Assembly: GCA_965113315.1 (NCBI GenBank)
Contig: OZ220371.1
DNA from: Podarcis vaucheri
Taxonomy: Eukaryota
DNA: 64,000 nucleotides
Reading direction: 5' to 3' (one strand)
Position numbers and translations under genes: made by a program. Within the stretch, counting starts at the first letter, position 1, and each line of letters begins with the position of its first letter. The notes below the pieces were generated by a model, which was not told where the DNA came from, ran no database searches, and worked only from the letters and a program-made list of their open reading frames with translations. Shown here piece after piece: positions 26,421 through 38,074 of this stretch.

Positions 26421-28395
26421 GCCAAGGAGAGGCTGCACGGGGCTAAAGGGGAAGCCAAAACAGCGAGCGGGATCCATCCCGCTCGCTGCCTTGGCTTGAT
26501 CCATAGCTGCACGCAACCCCTCCGGCAGGGAGAGGTTGTGTGCAGCCTGTACGCTGCTCTTTGGGTCTGCGGGGGGGGAAAAGATTTTTTTTTCCTTGAA
26601 TTCCCCCCCTAAAAACTGGGTGCGCCCTATGGTCCGGTGCGCCCTATGGTGCGAAAAATAAGGTATGTCTCAGTTAAGTTCCTGCATTGCAGGACGTTGG
26701 ACTAGATGACCCTTGGGGTTCCTTCCAACTCGACAATTCTATATTTCTATAACATAGGCTAAGCATTTGTGTAGATCCTTTGTGGGTGCTACTTGCCAGC
26801 GAAACAGAAAACTATTAGATGAATGCATAAAGAAATTTATAGATAACAAAACCAATGGAGACCTGATTATAACTGTGCGGCATGGCTGCCAAAAACCACC
26901 TCAGGGTAATGGAGACAGACAAACTACAGCAGCGACTTCTGTACCTAGGTACAAACAGCGTTCTAGGGAACAGCTATTCTGAAATGTTGATGCCTGCCAT
27001 ATTCAAACTAGGGTTTTGGAAGCAATACTACTCTGTTTACTTTAGAACAAGGCCCAATACACCTACTTAGAATAGCCACAAGTTAGGCTGTTATACATAA
27101 GGTATCTACCAAATACCTAAACAGTTTTGAGAAAGCAAAGATCAAGTCTGAGAATCACTGAGGTTATACATCTTAGTGTGTGTCTCTGCAGTAGACCAAT
27201 CAGGATGATGATTCATCAGTGGGAGAGTTGTTAGTAAGAGACGCTTCAGTCTCTGGTGGGAGAAAAGCCCAATCTCCAGAAGTCCCAGTCCAATTGTTAG
27301 ATCTATAGCCCTCACTGATTTATGGCTCTGGTCAGCTACTAACTGGCAAAAGGTAGTGCAAGGTGGAAGGTGGGTTTGTGTCTCTCCATCCTTACCAGTG
27401 TCCAGAAAGATTTTCCTGCATTTTCCTCAATACGACAGTAGATGAGAAGAGGCAGGCAGAGGCAGCATCCTAGACCCCACTGAATAGTTGCAGAGGACTA
27501 CAAAAGCATGTACATTCTCACGTTGCATGGGGAAGTCAGCTAGGTGGGAAGCAGCACACAGCTGTTGCGTATACTACTTTGACCTGCCATGTGTCCCTGC
27601 CATTGTCAGGACACATTTCAACATTTACCAAGTGCAGCAGTGGCAGCAGGTCAAAAGAAGCGTAAGGGAGAATCATATGCCACTTCTAATGTAGCCACTA
27701 GAAAAAATTAAGTATATGCTCTTATGTACACGAGTGTTCTGTTTCCACTCATAGAAAGGGCAGGAAGGTATTTTCTGGTCTGGGTTGATATTTGTACAAC
27801 CAGCCATAGGGCAAAAAGCAGCACTTGTGGTTACAACCTAGAGAAAAGAATGGTTTCCTACTAAAAGCATCAGATGCATGTGTGAATTGTAGTAGTACAA
27901 ATTTTCTTTGAATGTGTGAAAATTACTTTATGGTGGTCCAAAATCCAGTGACCAATTGAATGCAATAAGGATAAACCTGCACATCATACATCCTTCTTGA
28001 AGAAAACTTATTGGACAAGTACGGATCTCAATATTCAATGCACTCACAGATTTTTCTACCTGACTTCTTACTCTGCTTACACTTATGAGGAATGGAATCC
28101 ACTAGAAAACTGTTGTCAGTTTTCAGCATATAAGTAAGACAGAAATATTGGAACTTGTATGATGGCAAACATTTCTTAGCCCAGAAAGCTGACAGGCATG
28201 CTGTAGTTAAAAAAGCAAAGAACTTTTTTGATTACCTATTCATGTTTATCAGCACCTTGCCTTCTGGTACATATTTTAAGGAGTTTCTTGTAAAAAAAAT
28301 GCTAATACATACTATTTTGGCAAACATGTACAAAACATTATACACAACTAACAAATTCCATTTCACTTGCTTTGAAGGGGAAAAAATAGCAAAGG

Positions 28396-28727
28396 CTCAA
28401 CCAGAGCCAGGGCTTTTTCGGCTGTGGCTCCAATCTGGTGGAACGCTCTGTCACAAGAGACTAGGGCCCTGCGGGACTTGACATCTTTCCGCAGGGCCTG
28501 CAAGACAGAGCTGTTCCACCAGGCCTTTGGCCAGGGCACAGCCTGACTCCCTCCTTTGGCAATCTTCACAGAACTTTAGCCTAATAGTTGCCATCAATTT
28601 GATTTGAATTAATTTTATAATGAAATGATTTTAGAATGTTGTACTATTTTATTGTTGTTAGCCGCCCTGAGCCCGGCTTCAGCTGGGGAGGGTGGGATAT
28701 AAATAAAATTTATTTATTATTATTATT
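28396..28727 (+). mobile_element. L2-clade LINE 3' end
   Basis: Encodes RARAFSAVAPIWWNALSQETRALRDLTSFRRACKTELFHQAF, then a 3' UTR with a gccgccctgag...gggatataaataaa terminus and (TTA)n. Confidence 0.8.
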
Positions 28728-28992
28728 AAGTGCTTCTTAGAGCAACTGTAAGAGCAGAGCACAGAAGGATCCCAATGCCATTGAACTTAGTGCTTAGTGG
28801 TAGAGTAGTATAATTTTTTTCTTTCACAATAAATATGAAGAATACTTGAACACTGGTATAAAGCCTTCATAGTAAATCAGTAGCTTCATAGGAGTGGATT
28901 ATTCTAGTAATATATATTAATTGCTTAATTCTTATTAAAAAAAAAATCTCCATGCCTCAGTGCTTTGCTTAAAATTACTTTAAATTACTCAC

Positions 28993-29499
28993 CTTTGACT
29001 TTATGTAGAATGGAGATGACTGCTGATGTATTGCTAAGTCCATGATACTATTTGAGTTTGTGACAGTATTACTATTAGTGCGTTCATCATCTCTGCTGCT
29101 TTCATCAGATTGATCAAAATCATCACTGTCCTGGTCCATTTCTTCCTCTTCCTCCATCTCCTCCTCCTCTTGTTCACCAGCATGTTCATCTTCCTCCTCC
29201 TCTTCTTGGTTACCAGAATATTCTTCATCCACTGCAATAAATCTGTTGTTGTTTTCTTCTAACTGTTCTTGCTGGGACTCATTTCTGTGGCAAAGTCCAG
29301 GCTCCCCACCACCTATTTCCCCATTCCTTGCCGCGTGCGCTTCCTCTTGTTGCCGTAATTGTTGCTGCTGCTGCTGTTGCTCCTCCTCCACCACTCGATT
29401 CATCTGCTCTTCATCGACTTGGCTTGAGGAAGCATTACCTCGAACAGACCCACCAGTTCGTCGTCTCTTACTGCCGACAGACAGCAGTTCTTGATTCAT
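28993..29499 (-). CDS. FBXW7: FBXW7 alpha-isoform-specific coding exon, 169 codons (partial CDS)
   Basis: Translation MNQELLSVGSKRRRTGGSVRGNASSSQVDEEQMNRVVEEEQQQQQQQLRQQEE...SSPFYIKSK matches the FBXW7-alpha N-terminus as I recall it (KRRR NLS, SSSQ, acidic tract). ATG at 29499-29497; phase-0 donor AAG|GTGAGT after 28993. Confidence 0.97.
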
Positions 29500-29568
29500 T
29501 TCCAAAAGCCAGCTTGCTACTTCTTGGACCTTTGCTAGACTATCTGAAGATGCAAATGTTTTCACATT
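29500..29568 (-). other. FBXW7: 69-nt 5' UTR part of the alpha exon, following the splice acceptor
   Basis: Minus strand reads tctctacctctgctttttcttcttctcAG|AATGTGAAAAC: a strong polypyrimidine tract with AG at 29570-29569. Confidence 0.9.
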
Positions 29569-30359
29569 CTGAGAAGAAGAAAAAGCAGAGGTAGAGAACA
29601 AAGATTAGACACTTTATCAACGTATCAGTTATTTATACAGAGCTGGGTTTCACGTATTGCCCTGACTCAAGAACAGTTCTAAGCCCAGCATGGAAGCCTT
29701 ATTTTAAACGTGAAGCTGTAATATGGCCATTCCAATACCAAATTAAGCCCTCTTTTTATGCATTTTATAGTAAGTAATTAGTTTTATACCTTTAGATTAA
29801 CTCCAAGTGTCAAGATGGAGGGGGGAAAGAATATGAACACTGAGCACTAAATGGCCCCATTAATATAATAAAGTTTTTGTGGTCCATAAAACCTAAGTTA
29901 GGCACCCTGGGCAGTGCCAATTATAATGAAAGCAATATAGAAAAAGAAATTGATTGTCTCTGAAAAGTTTCTTCTAAAAATTAATTTCCTTCATAACTGG
30001 TTAGGGAGAATGTGCTTTCCACAATTATGCTAATTATTTCATTTGACAATGTATCTTAAGCGAAGTTGTTGATGACAAGATGAAAACATGCAGAAGGTCC
30101 TCAATGTGAAAAACAAACCAGTGGCTATTCAGCTGGATACAAAATATAACCCAAAAAGACTGCATTTTAAAAGGGTATTTGGGGGTCTGTTTATAAGAAC
30201 TCAAGCTGCTAAATTAGAGTAGATGTCATTAATTGATCAATCAGACATTTCTAGATCACACTTTTGTAGAAATACAACATGACAGTGAGCACTATAACAA
30301 AACTCACAATACCAACTAAAGCATCAATAAAACATCAGAAAAAGTCCATAAATACATTT

Positions 30360-30990
30360 TACACATTTCATATTTTAAAGGCCTGTCTAAATAACAGGGG
30401 CAATGTCTGAAAGAAGGCAGGGGTGATTTCTGAACTTTTACTGGCAAGGAGTTCCGTCTGCAGCACATGGCCTGTCACACTAAAGGCTTGATCCCTAGTA
30501 AAGGCCAATCAAACTTGAGGGGTGTGAGGAACTACAAGTAGTGCCCCATCAAAGGATCTCAGTGATCGAGGTGGAGCATAAGAGAGGCAGGCGGTCCTTA
30601 AGGTACATTGGTCCCAAGTTGTTCAGGGCTTTGTGAATTAACCCAAGAACCTCACACCTGACCCAGTAGCAAACTGGTAACCTGTGCAAAGCTCTCAGCA
30701 GAGAAGTCACGTGCTGCCAGTTGCCTGGTCCTGTGAGCAGTCTGGCCATAACATTCTGCACTAACTGCAGCTTTTGGGTAGCCCCACATAAAGAACATTA
30801 CAATAATCAAGTCTTGAGGTTACCAATGGGGCACTGTGATCAAGCTACTGCGGTGCAGGAACAGGCACAGCTGGTAATACTGAGGGAGGCCAGCATGCTA
30901 GCAGAAAAAGGCTTCCAAAGTACCTCGGCCACCCTGCTGGAACCAAAGGCTGCTGTAGCAGCAGCGGTGGACTACCCAGTGTGAAGTCCT
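30360..30990 (-). mobile_element. L2-clade LINE ORF2 C-terminal fragment
   Basis: QNVMARLLTG...HVTSLLRALHRLPVCYWVRCEVLGLIHKALNNLGPMYLKDRL is the typical L2 C-terminal motif. Confidence 0.85.
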
Positions 30991-32510
30991 TAAGGATATG
31001 CAGGAGTTCTTCTATCTGATGCATGTACCCATTTAAAGTATTATCTACGAACAGCAAACACCTGGCGGTTACGGTGAGGGACCCAGATGCTGGGCACAAA
31101 GGAGCCCTTCCTGTCTACCTTCATAGCACTGATCTTAGGTCAGCTGGTGGGCAGAAACAGAACTCTGATTATGATCAGAGCAGCGAAGCCTCTGAGGTGC
31201 GTAGAGATCGCACTTTTTAAAATGTTTATATATGCAGAAGTCTCAGCTAAACACAAATTCATTCCAAATATCTGTGTAATGGAATTAGTATAAGTATTAC
31301 TTTTAAAATTAAACCATGTCATTTTACAAAGGAAGCATACCATGTATTTAAACATAAAATTATTCAACCCCATAAATTCAAGCTGTAGCATGTTGACTGT
31401 AAGTCATGTGGAGTGATAGGATGATGGAGACATTCTTTTATTTTTACCCCAAACATATAACATAACATAGGCCATGATTTCATGTATGATACCTATACAA
31501 AACATACCGTATTACTTGTGAGAAACATGCACCCACTTTTTTCAAAAAAACTCAATGACTGAGAAACATATTTGATTAATTTCAAATTAAAATTTCTATA
31601 AAATTGATTTCCAATGCTATTTGTAACCCATATATTTTTGATGGTTCACTATCTATTTCACACAGATTTCATTTAATACATTGTGCCAGAAGAAGCACAG
31701 TTCTACGTATAAAAATAGCAATGGCAGACATACATATTTCTCAGAAGCATGTGGTGTTGTGTAATATAAGCAGATAAATATACACATTTGTTACAGAAAA
31801 GCCTTGAATTGTGCTTAGTCATTAAGTGAGCGATTACTATCAAATTATATCAAAGGTATAATTTACACTAACCAATACCACTAGCAATAATGAAACAGCA
31901 GCTGTAATTTTTATTGGCTAAGTATGCAGCTTTTGGAATAACTACAAAAAATTCTGGTCACAATCTGAACAAGTATTTTTAAACTAGTGTAAGGGCTTCT
32001 ACTTATCTAGGTAGAGTGAACATTAATTCCCCATACGATACCACAAACTGCTTTTGCAATTCCCTTCCGTTTCAGAGGTCCTATAAAGCCTCTGGAGGAG
32101 AGGTTGTTCAAGAAACAAAAATCAAAAAGACTTTGGAACATGTGGAACTAACTGATCGGTTCTTTATATATGTGCCAACACAGAATAACAGGGCTAACAC
32201 AATTGGAAGATCACCGATAAATTAAGGAATTAATTGATTTACAACATCCCTTCCTTATAAAAATATCATAGATGATACAACATAATGGGTAGTGGCTGAG
32301 AGCCTAACCTAGAAGCTCCCAGTTCAGCTCTCATCTCAGTCCCAAGTTCACTAGGTGGCCTTAGAAAACCTACTTCTCTCAGCCTTGGTCACCACAACAC
32401 ATAGCCCTAGAATAGTAGAATCATCCCCATATCTACTCTAGGGGGGCTGCTGTAAGGATTACACAGCTAGCATGTCAAACTATGAGGAACATTCTAAGGT
32501 ATGCAGGAGG

Positions 32511-32857
32511 TCTAAACCACTGAGCCTAGGGCCTGCCGATCGGAAGGTTGGCAGTTCGAATCCCCACAATGGGGTGAGCTCCCGTTGCTAGGGTCCCTGC
32601 TCCTGCCAACCTAGCAGTTTGAAAGCACGTCAAAATGCAAGTAGATAAATAGGTACCACTGTGGCAGGAAGGTAAACGGCATTTCCGTGCACTGCTCTGG
32701 TTCGCCAAAAGCGGCTTAGTCATGCTGGCCACATGACCCGGAAAAACTGTCTGCGGACAAATGTCGGCTCCTTTGGCCAGTAAAGCAAGTTGAGCGCCGC
32801 AACCCCAGAGTCGTTCGCGACTGGACTTAACTGTCAGGGGTTCTTTACCTTTACTTT
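32511..32857 (+). mobile_element. Sauria SINE
   Basis: B box AGTTCGAATCC, Sauria core, TTTACCTTTAC tail. Confidence 0.9.
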
Positions 32858-33091
32858 AAGGTACATTACCATCATTACCTTGTTAGGTATTATCCCATCT
32901 CCTATGAACAAGCACCTTTGGTTATGGAAAAGCTCTCACAAACACCAGTGCCACACAATGATATTGCAACAGTGAAGTTTAAACATAAAACATACTCAGA
33001 TCGCAACACTGATTAGAAGTACAGTATTGTCAAATATGGTTATGTTGGGAGGCTGAAAAAGAAAATATGTTAAGTGAATTCCCATGTTGAC

Positions 33092-33105
33092 CCACTAGAG
33101 GGCAG
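33092..33105 (+). promoter_or_regulatory. CTCF core motif
   Basis: CCACTAGAGGGCAG matches the consensus CCASYAGRKGGCRS and lies in non-repeat sequence. Confidence 0.6.
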
Positions 33106-33300
33106 CCTCTTCTCTGTATAACAAGTTAACCATGCTAAAAGCAAAACGAAAAAAGTTACTTGTCGACAAAATTTTGTTGAAAAGCACAGCGTGCCATTAG
33201 GATCATCTGCTGAGAAACGTGCATCGGCGATTTATTTTGTCACTTCATAACGGTTTTTTAAATTATGAACTGAAGCTAATAAATTAGTATACATAAAGCA

Positions 33301-33420
33301 GGCAGGATAGATTAGCTGGTTAGAGCGTGGTAGTCATAATGCCAAGGTTGCAGGCCAAATGTATGGGACAGCTGCATATTCTGGCATTGTAGGGGGTTGA
33401 AGTGATCCTCAGGGTCCTGA
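33301..33420 (+). mobile_element. tRNA-derived SINE with CR1-like tail, degenerate
   Basis: A-box-like agctggttagagcgtggt, then aatgccaaggttgcagg and a CR1-like 3' part. Confidence 0.6.
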
Positions 33421-34529
33421 TCTATTTATTATGAAGACAGCATATGCAGACAAGTAGTACTGGATCTCTCTAAGTAGTCTATGATAGCATTACGACAGTA
33501 GATGTATCAAATCAATACCTCATATTTTAGAAATTTGCTATCAAGTTCAGATATGTCTCCACTGACTTACAGTTTATTATTACTTTTTAATAATAAAAGC
33601 TGTCTTTTCCATTTTTATTAGATTTTTCTAATTTCTATCATTCTAACCTATTCAGACTTTCAAATTTGATCTCAAACAGTACTACGGTATCCCATTAAAA
33701 AGTGATCAAGGGGACAGGTAGAGACAACCTGTTTCAGTATTTTCATATTATTTGATCTTTATTACAGAAAACATCCATATCTTCTTATGAAAATGTTTCA
33801 GTGTTGATACCAAAGGTTTAACAGAAAAAAACCATCATCAACTGCAATTGAGATAAAACACAGGATACTCAAAAGCCATTGATATAAATGGGAAAAATAT
33901 TACATTGAAGAATGGTCTTTGAGTTGGAGGATTGAGGTTAGAAATATGAAGTTGAGACCAATGTTGTCACTAGGCAAGCAGAAGACACTTCCCTGTTCCC
34001 TGTCCTCCCAACCTCTGAAGCCCACCATCACCAAATCCTCAAAATCTGCTCCACAGGGGACACCCACCGTGGAAGTCAACTCATGTCGATATAACCTTTA
34101 GTTAACATTATAAAAATTCCAGTTTTCATTTTGTTCGCGCTTAAGTGCTCTACAAATGAAATGTATACACATAATGCATTAAAGTTGTTGGCAGTGTAAT
34201 TCACCAAATGCTGACTTGCTACAGACAATCTGAATTTGTACATTTGTGGGCAATTTGTGCAAAGAATTTGGGGGTATTACATTCCCTATGTTCCCAAATG
34301 GTAAAACCAGAAAATGCTCTTGAAATAGTCGCTGTTGAAATTAGGACAATCTGGGTCTTTGTAGTCTGGTACCATTGGTAACCTTGAGGCTGGATTACTA
34401 CAATATGCACTATGTGTGGGACTGCCCTTAAATGCGACGTGGAAGCTGCTCCCTCTACTGCAGAATGCAGCAGGCAGACTGCTGATGGGAGCAAATGGCC
34501 AACGGCAGGCAACATCTCTGCTAAAGCAG

Positions 34530-34725
34530 GCACCCTGGCTCACTGGGTCAGCTTCAAGGTTCTTGTGTTAATATACAAAGTTGTGAACACCTTGAGTCCA
34601 GCATACCTTCAGGACTGCCTTATATCCTGGTTCAGTCACCGAGATCTTACAGAGGAGGGTTCTTAGCTCTTCCGTGTGCTATAGAAGTCTAGGACTGGCT
34701 TCACCTAGGAGTTGGGCATTTACTG
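34530..34725 (+). mobile_element. L2 fragment
   Basis: Encodes WVSFKVLVLIYKVVNTLSPAYLQDCL. Confidence 0.7.
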
Positions 34726-37700
34726 TTATATGATTTGACATTCCTAATTAACCCAGGAACTAGAAGACACTTTTACTTACCTGAGTAAAACTTGTATTTC
34801 TACTAATTTACTATGGGAAATACAATTATAAGGCAAACAATATTGAACCTATTAAGAATAATATTAAACTTAAAAAACTAGTTGGATTTTATTGAGCTCC
34901 TTGGATAAAAAAATGTGAGAACAGTTCATTTTAGAACTGTACGCAGCACCGATTTCAGACACTTTCCTCCATGGGCAGCCCATTTATTTACAAAGAAAAG
35001 CAAGTCTGCCATGCCCCCCATATAACAATCTATTTGTCTTTCTCCTCCGAGAGTGCCAGCTTGCAAGTGGGGAGCACTTCACTGAGCTCCAGGAAAATGG
35101 GAGAACAGAAGTACCCACAGGACAACAATCCAGACTCAAAACTTCTTATTCTTTTTAATTAATATAAGAAACACATAGTCTTAAGGCACAGCATTCCAGC
35201 CTTGTAACTGCACAGTATTTCTTATTCAATGATAAGTCTGCTGTCAAAAGATGCCAATAAAATCATGATGTTCTTTGAGTACCAGGTCCTTGAAATAACA
35301 AAGAACAACAGCTTGCAGCAGAAGGGGAATTCCATATTCAATAGTATCATGCTTTCTATTACATTCTCCCAGTCAGTTTTATGTATTTGGAGCTATAAAT
35401 GCATTAAAGAAACTCACAACATACATTCACTGATGAATTTTATTAAAAATAACAGCACTATGGCTACCTTGGATTGCAATTCCAAATCCTATGGCTACCT
35501 ATTCAGAAGCTGAATGGGGTTGCTTTCAAATAAATATACAGAGAATTGATGTTTGGGTTTTTTTAAGAGAGAGTTCCGCAGACTAATATAGCTTTTATTC
35601 TGGAAAGCAAGTGAAAGTATTCTTAAATAAAATACTGCCCCTTCCAAAGTTCTGAAACTACACAGAAACTTTGGGGATTGGAGTGCAAGAAAGTTAAAAG
35701 CAAGTAAAAATAAGGAGGAATCCAACAGAAAAGGACTCTGACGGAATGAAAGAATGCAGTAGCTTCAGTTGTCAAAGAGTTCAGACTTGCAAATAAGTCC
35801 ACAAGGGTTACTAGCCTGTGATTTTATTTTTATTTTATATCGGGATGTTGGGGGGCTGGCAGAGAGACAGAGATTTGAATTTCTATTGCAGGCATAGAGG
35901 AGGGGGCTTAATTTCTCTAACAACTCACTTGGCTTCTATGTGGGAAGCAGAGAAGAGATAAGGCCCTTCCAATGCCTACTCTACCAGCCTACATTAAATT
36001 ACTGGTTGCTTCTAGGCCAGTGCTTATATGCGAGGCTGGTAAAGCAAACATAGCACTTACCGGGGGACGGGACCTGAAAAGTAATCCTGGGGGTGGGGGA
36101 GAGGAATCTAAGCAGAAAATTATTAAAACTATGTCAGGTTTCCTTCTTATAGCCAATAAAAAAGATGGCCCATAAAAGATGGGTTGATAAAAGAGACGGA
36201 TCTAAAAAAAAACCCTCCCCCAAAAAAATGTTCCATATTTTAGATTTTTGTCTGGCAAAAAGCTGAAAGCTACATCTACTAAGTGTTATCTCTCTCCCTC
36301 TTAATTATAGCTAGCTATGAGAATAACTCTTTGAATTAAGGGTCTATATTTTTAAAAAATCACTACCTTCCCCATGTGTATGGGATGTCAGGAGAACTAC
36401 TAGGGTTACACAGAGCTTACTGAGGTCCTTCTGTGAATTCTGTGTGTTCAGTATTGCAGGAGAAGAAATGTATATACCCTCATAAAGGGGTGGGAAGGAA
36501 GGCAGCACAGATGAAGTCTACCGGAATTCTGCTGCAACATAAGCACATGTAACATCCTTTATTATGCATTATCTCCTAGATTTGCAACATGAATAAAAGT
36601 TACCTTCTACTGAGAATTAACTACAGTTAACTGGGGGAAAATATGAACTGAATTAAGAACTGCCCCTTTCAAAAGAAGCCTAAGATAATTACAAGGTGGT
36701 CACTCTTCGCTACTACAGTACTGATTTACTAATGAATACTTGCAATATTGCACTTTCAAATATCTAACAAACTTCACATGCAATATCTAGTTGTAATCCT
36801 TACCACAACCCTGTAATCCAAGTCAGTATTACTATGCCCCATATTATATGGGTGAATTGAAGTGAGTATTTGACATATTAGCCATTATGTGAGAGTTAAA
36901 TACGACTGGGCTGGATGTGGAATATATTTCATTTTTTATTAAAATTCATAATTTTAGAAGATGAATCGCAAGGCACAGAAATTGGCAGAGAGAGAGAGAG
37001 ACTGGGTTGAGACAGCGGAAATAAGGTACACACCACCCAGACAGCTGCCAACATAAACCTGTACAACCAGATATGAGCAGTTAAGATTAGTAGCAGCATG
37101 CAGTACAACCGAAAAGACCAACTCCACTTGCTCTGCATGCAATTAAGAAGAGGATGTGGCACTTCTGTGTATCTCTAGCATATGGATGTCCATTCCTACT
37201 ACTCATTTTGATTCTTTTAATCAATTTGTTCACCACATGAAATTTTCTAGGGGAAATGTTTGCTAGTTCTTCATCAATCCACTACCTTCACCTGCACTGG
37301 AGGGATAAAGAACGTCAAACTAGAAGAGGAACTTTAAAATTCTATGGGAACCTGTTTTCCTCCAGATGCTGCCGGACTCCCAACTCCACTTCCTCATACC
37401 AATCCTATAGGCAGATCCAATGGACCCAAGCCAAGTGTGAGCATAATTAATTTTAAGTGTACCAAGCTCAGCTCAGGAAATTGTTTTCAGTACAGAACTG
37501 AGTTCACAGTCGTATCTCACAAAAAATCAGCTCCTGGTTTCTCTCTCCCCCATCACCCCAAACTTTCTTAACCTAAGCAGTCTAATTTAGCAACAAGAAA
37601 GAGGCTCTTTTATGTCTACTGTTAAACAACTGGGAATCAGAATCCTTTCGGGACAACTGCAAATCGCTCAGAAACCTGCCAGCAGATCCCAATCTGCCTT

Positions 37701-38074
37701 CTGCCCATTCCTGTTGTACACAGAGTAAGTCTTTCACAGCTCACTGACCCACTGTAGCACTTCCCACAGGAGAGGGTAGCCAATGGGTCTCAAACCCTTG
37801 GTGAGTTAGGGACTTCCCCAGCATGTTAAGACAGGTCACTTCCAAGTTTTGCTCTGCAGCAAAAGCAGGCAGGATGGCACAGCTCCAGCAGTTTGACTTC
37901 ACCCCCGGAGGCACACTCCATTGTCTCTCGAGACACATGGATGCCAACAACTATTTGCTTTCTAGTGATAAATAATATTAAATTAAAAAGTAAATGTTAC
38001 GTATCAAAGTATTTTGTTCTGTAATGCATTCTGAATTACTGCTATAGAATTGTGGTGATTTAATCTGGACATTA

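Larger units (their letters stand above)
25319..26663 (+). mobile_element. Non-autonomous TcMar (Tc2/pogo-like) element, expanded 1345-bp copy with internal tandem arrays
   Basis: TIRs CCGTATTTTTCGCACTATAGG / CCTATGGTGCGAAAAATAAGG, TA flanks; ends homologous to 24153-24563 in opposite orientation; interrupts a CR1 3' fragment. Confidence 0.9.
25215..26749 (+). mobile_element. CR1 LINE 3' fragment split by the TcMar element (pieces about 25215-25318 and 26664-26749)
   Basis: CR1 terminal motifs (cagtggaac...tctccttctttggaagtttttaagcagaggttggatggc; ggactagatgaccct...ccttccaactc) ending in an ATTCTAT-type tail. Confidence 0.75.

Noticed and set aside
25232-26512. GC-rich ORFs up to 180 aa on both strands
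   Set aside because: By-products of stop-poor tandem repeats; no transposase motifs.
29246-29594. Antisense poly-Cys and poly-Ala ORFs
   Set aside because: Shadows of the CAG/GAG-rich FBXW7 exon.
29569-29601. ORF-track start of the 208-aa ORF, and its tail VSNLK at 28975-28992
   Set aside because: These parts are intronic (polypyrimidine tract and post-donor sequence); the exon is 29568-28993.
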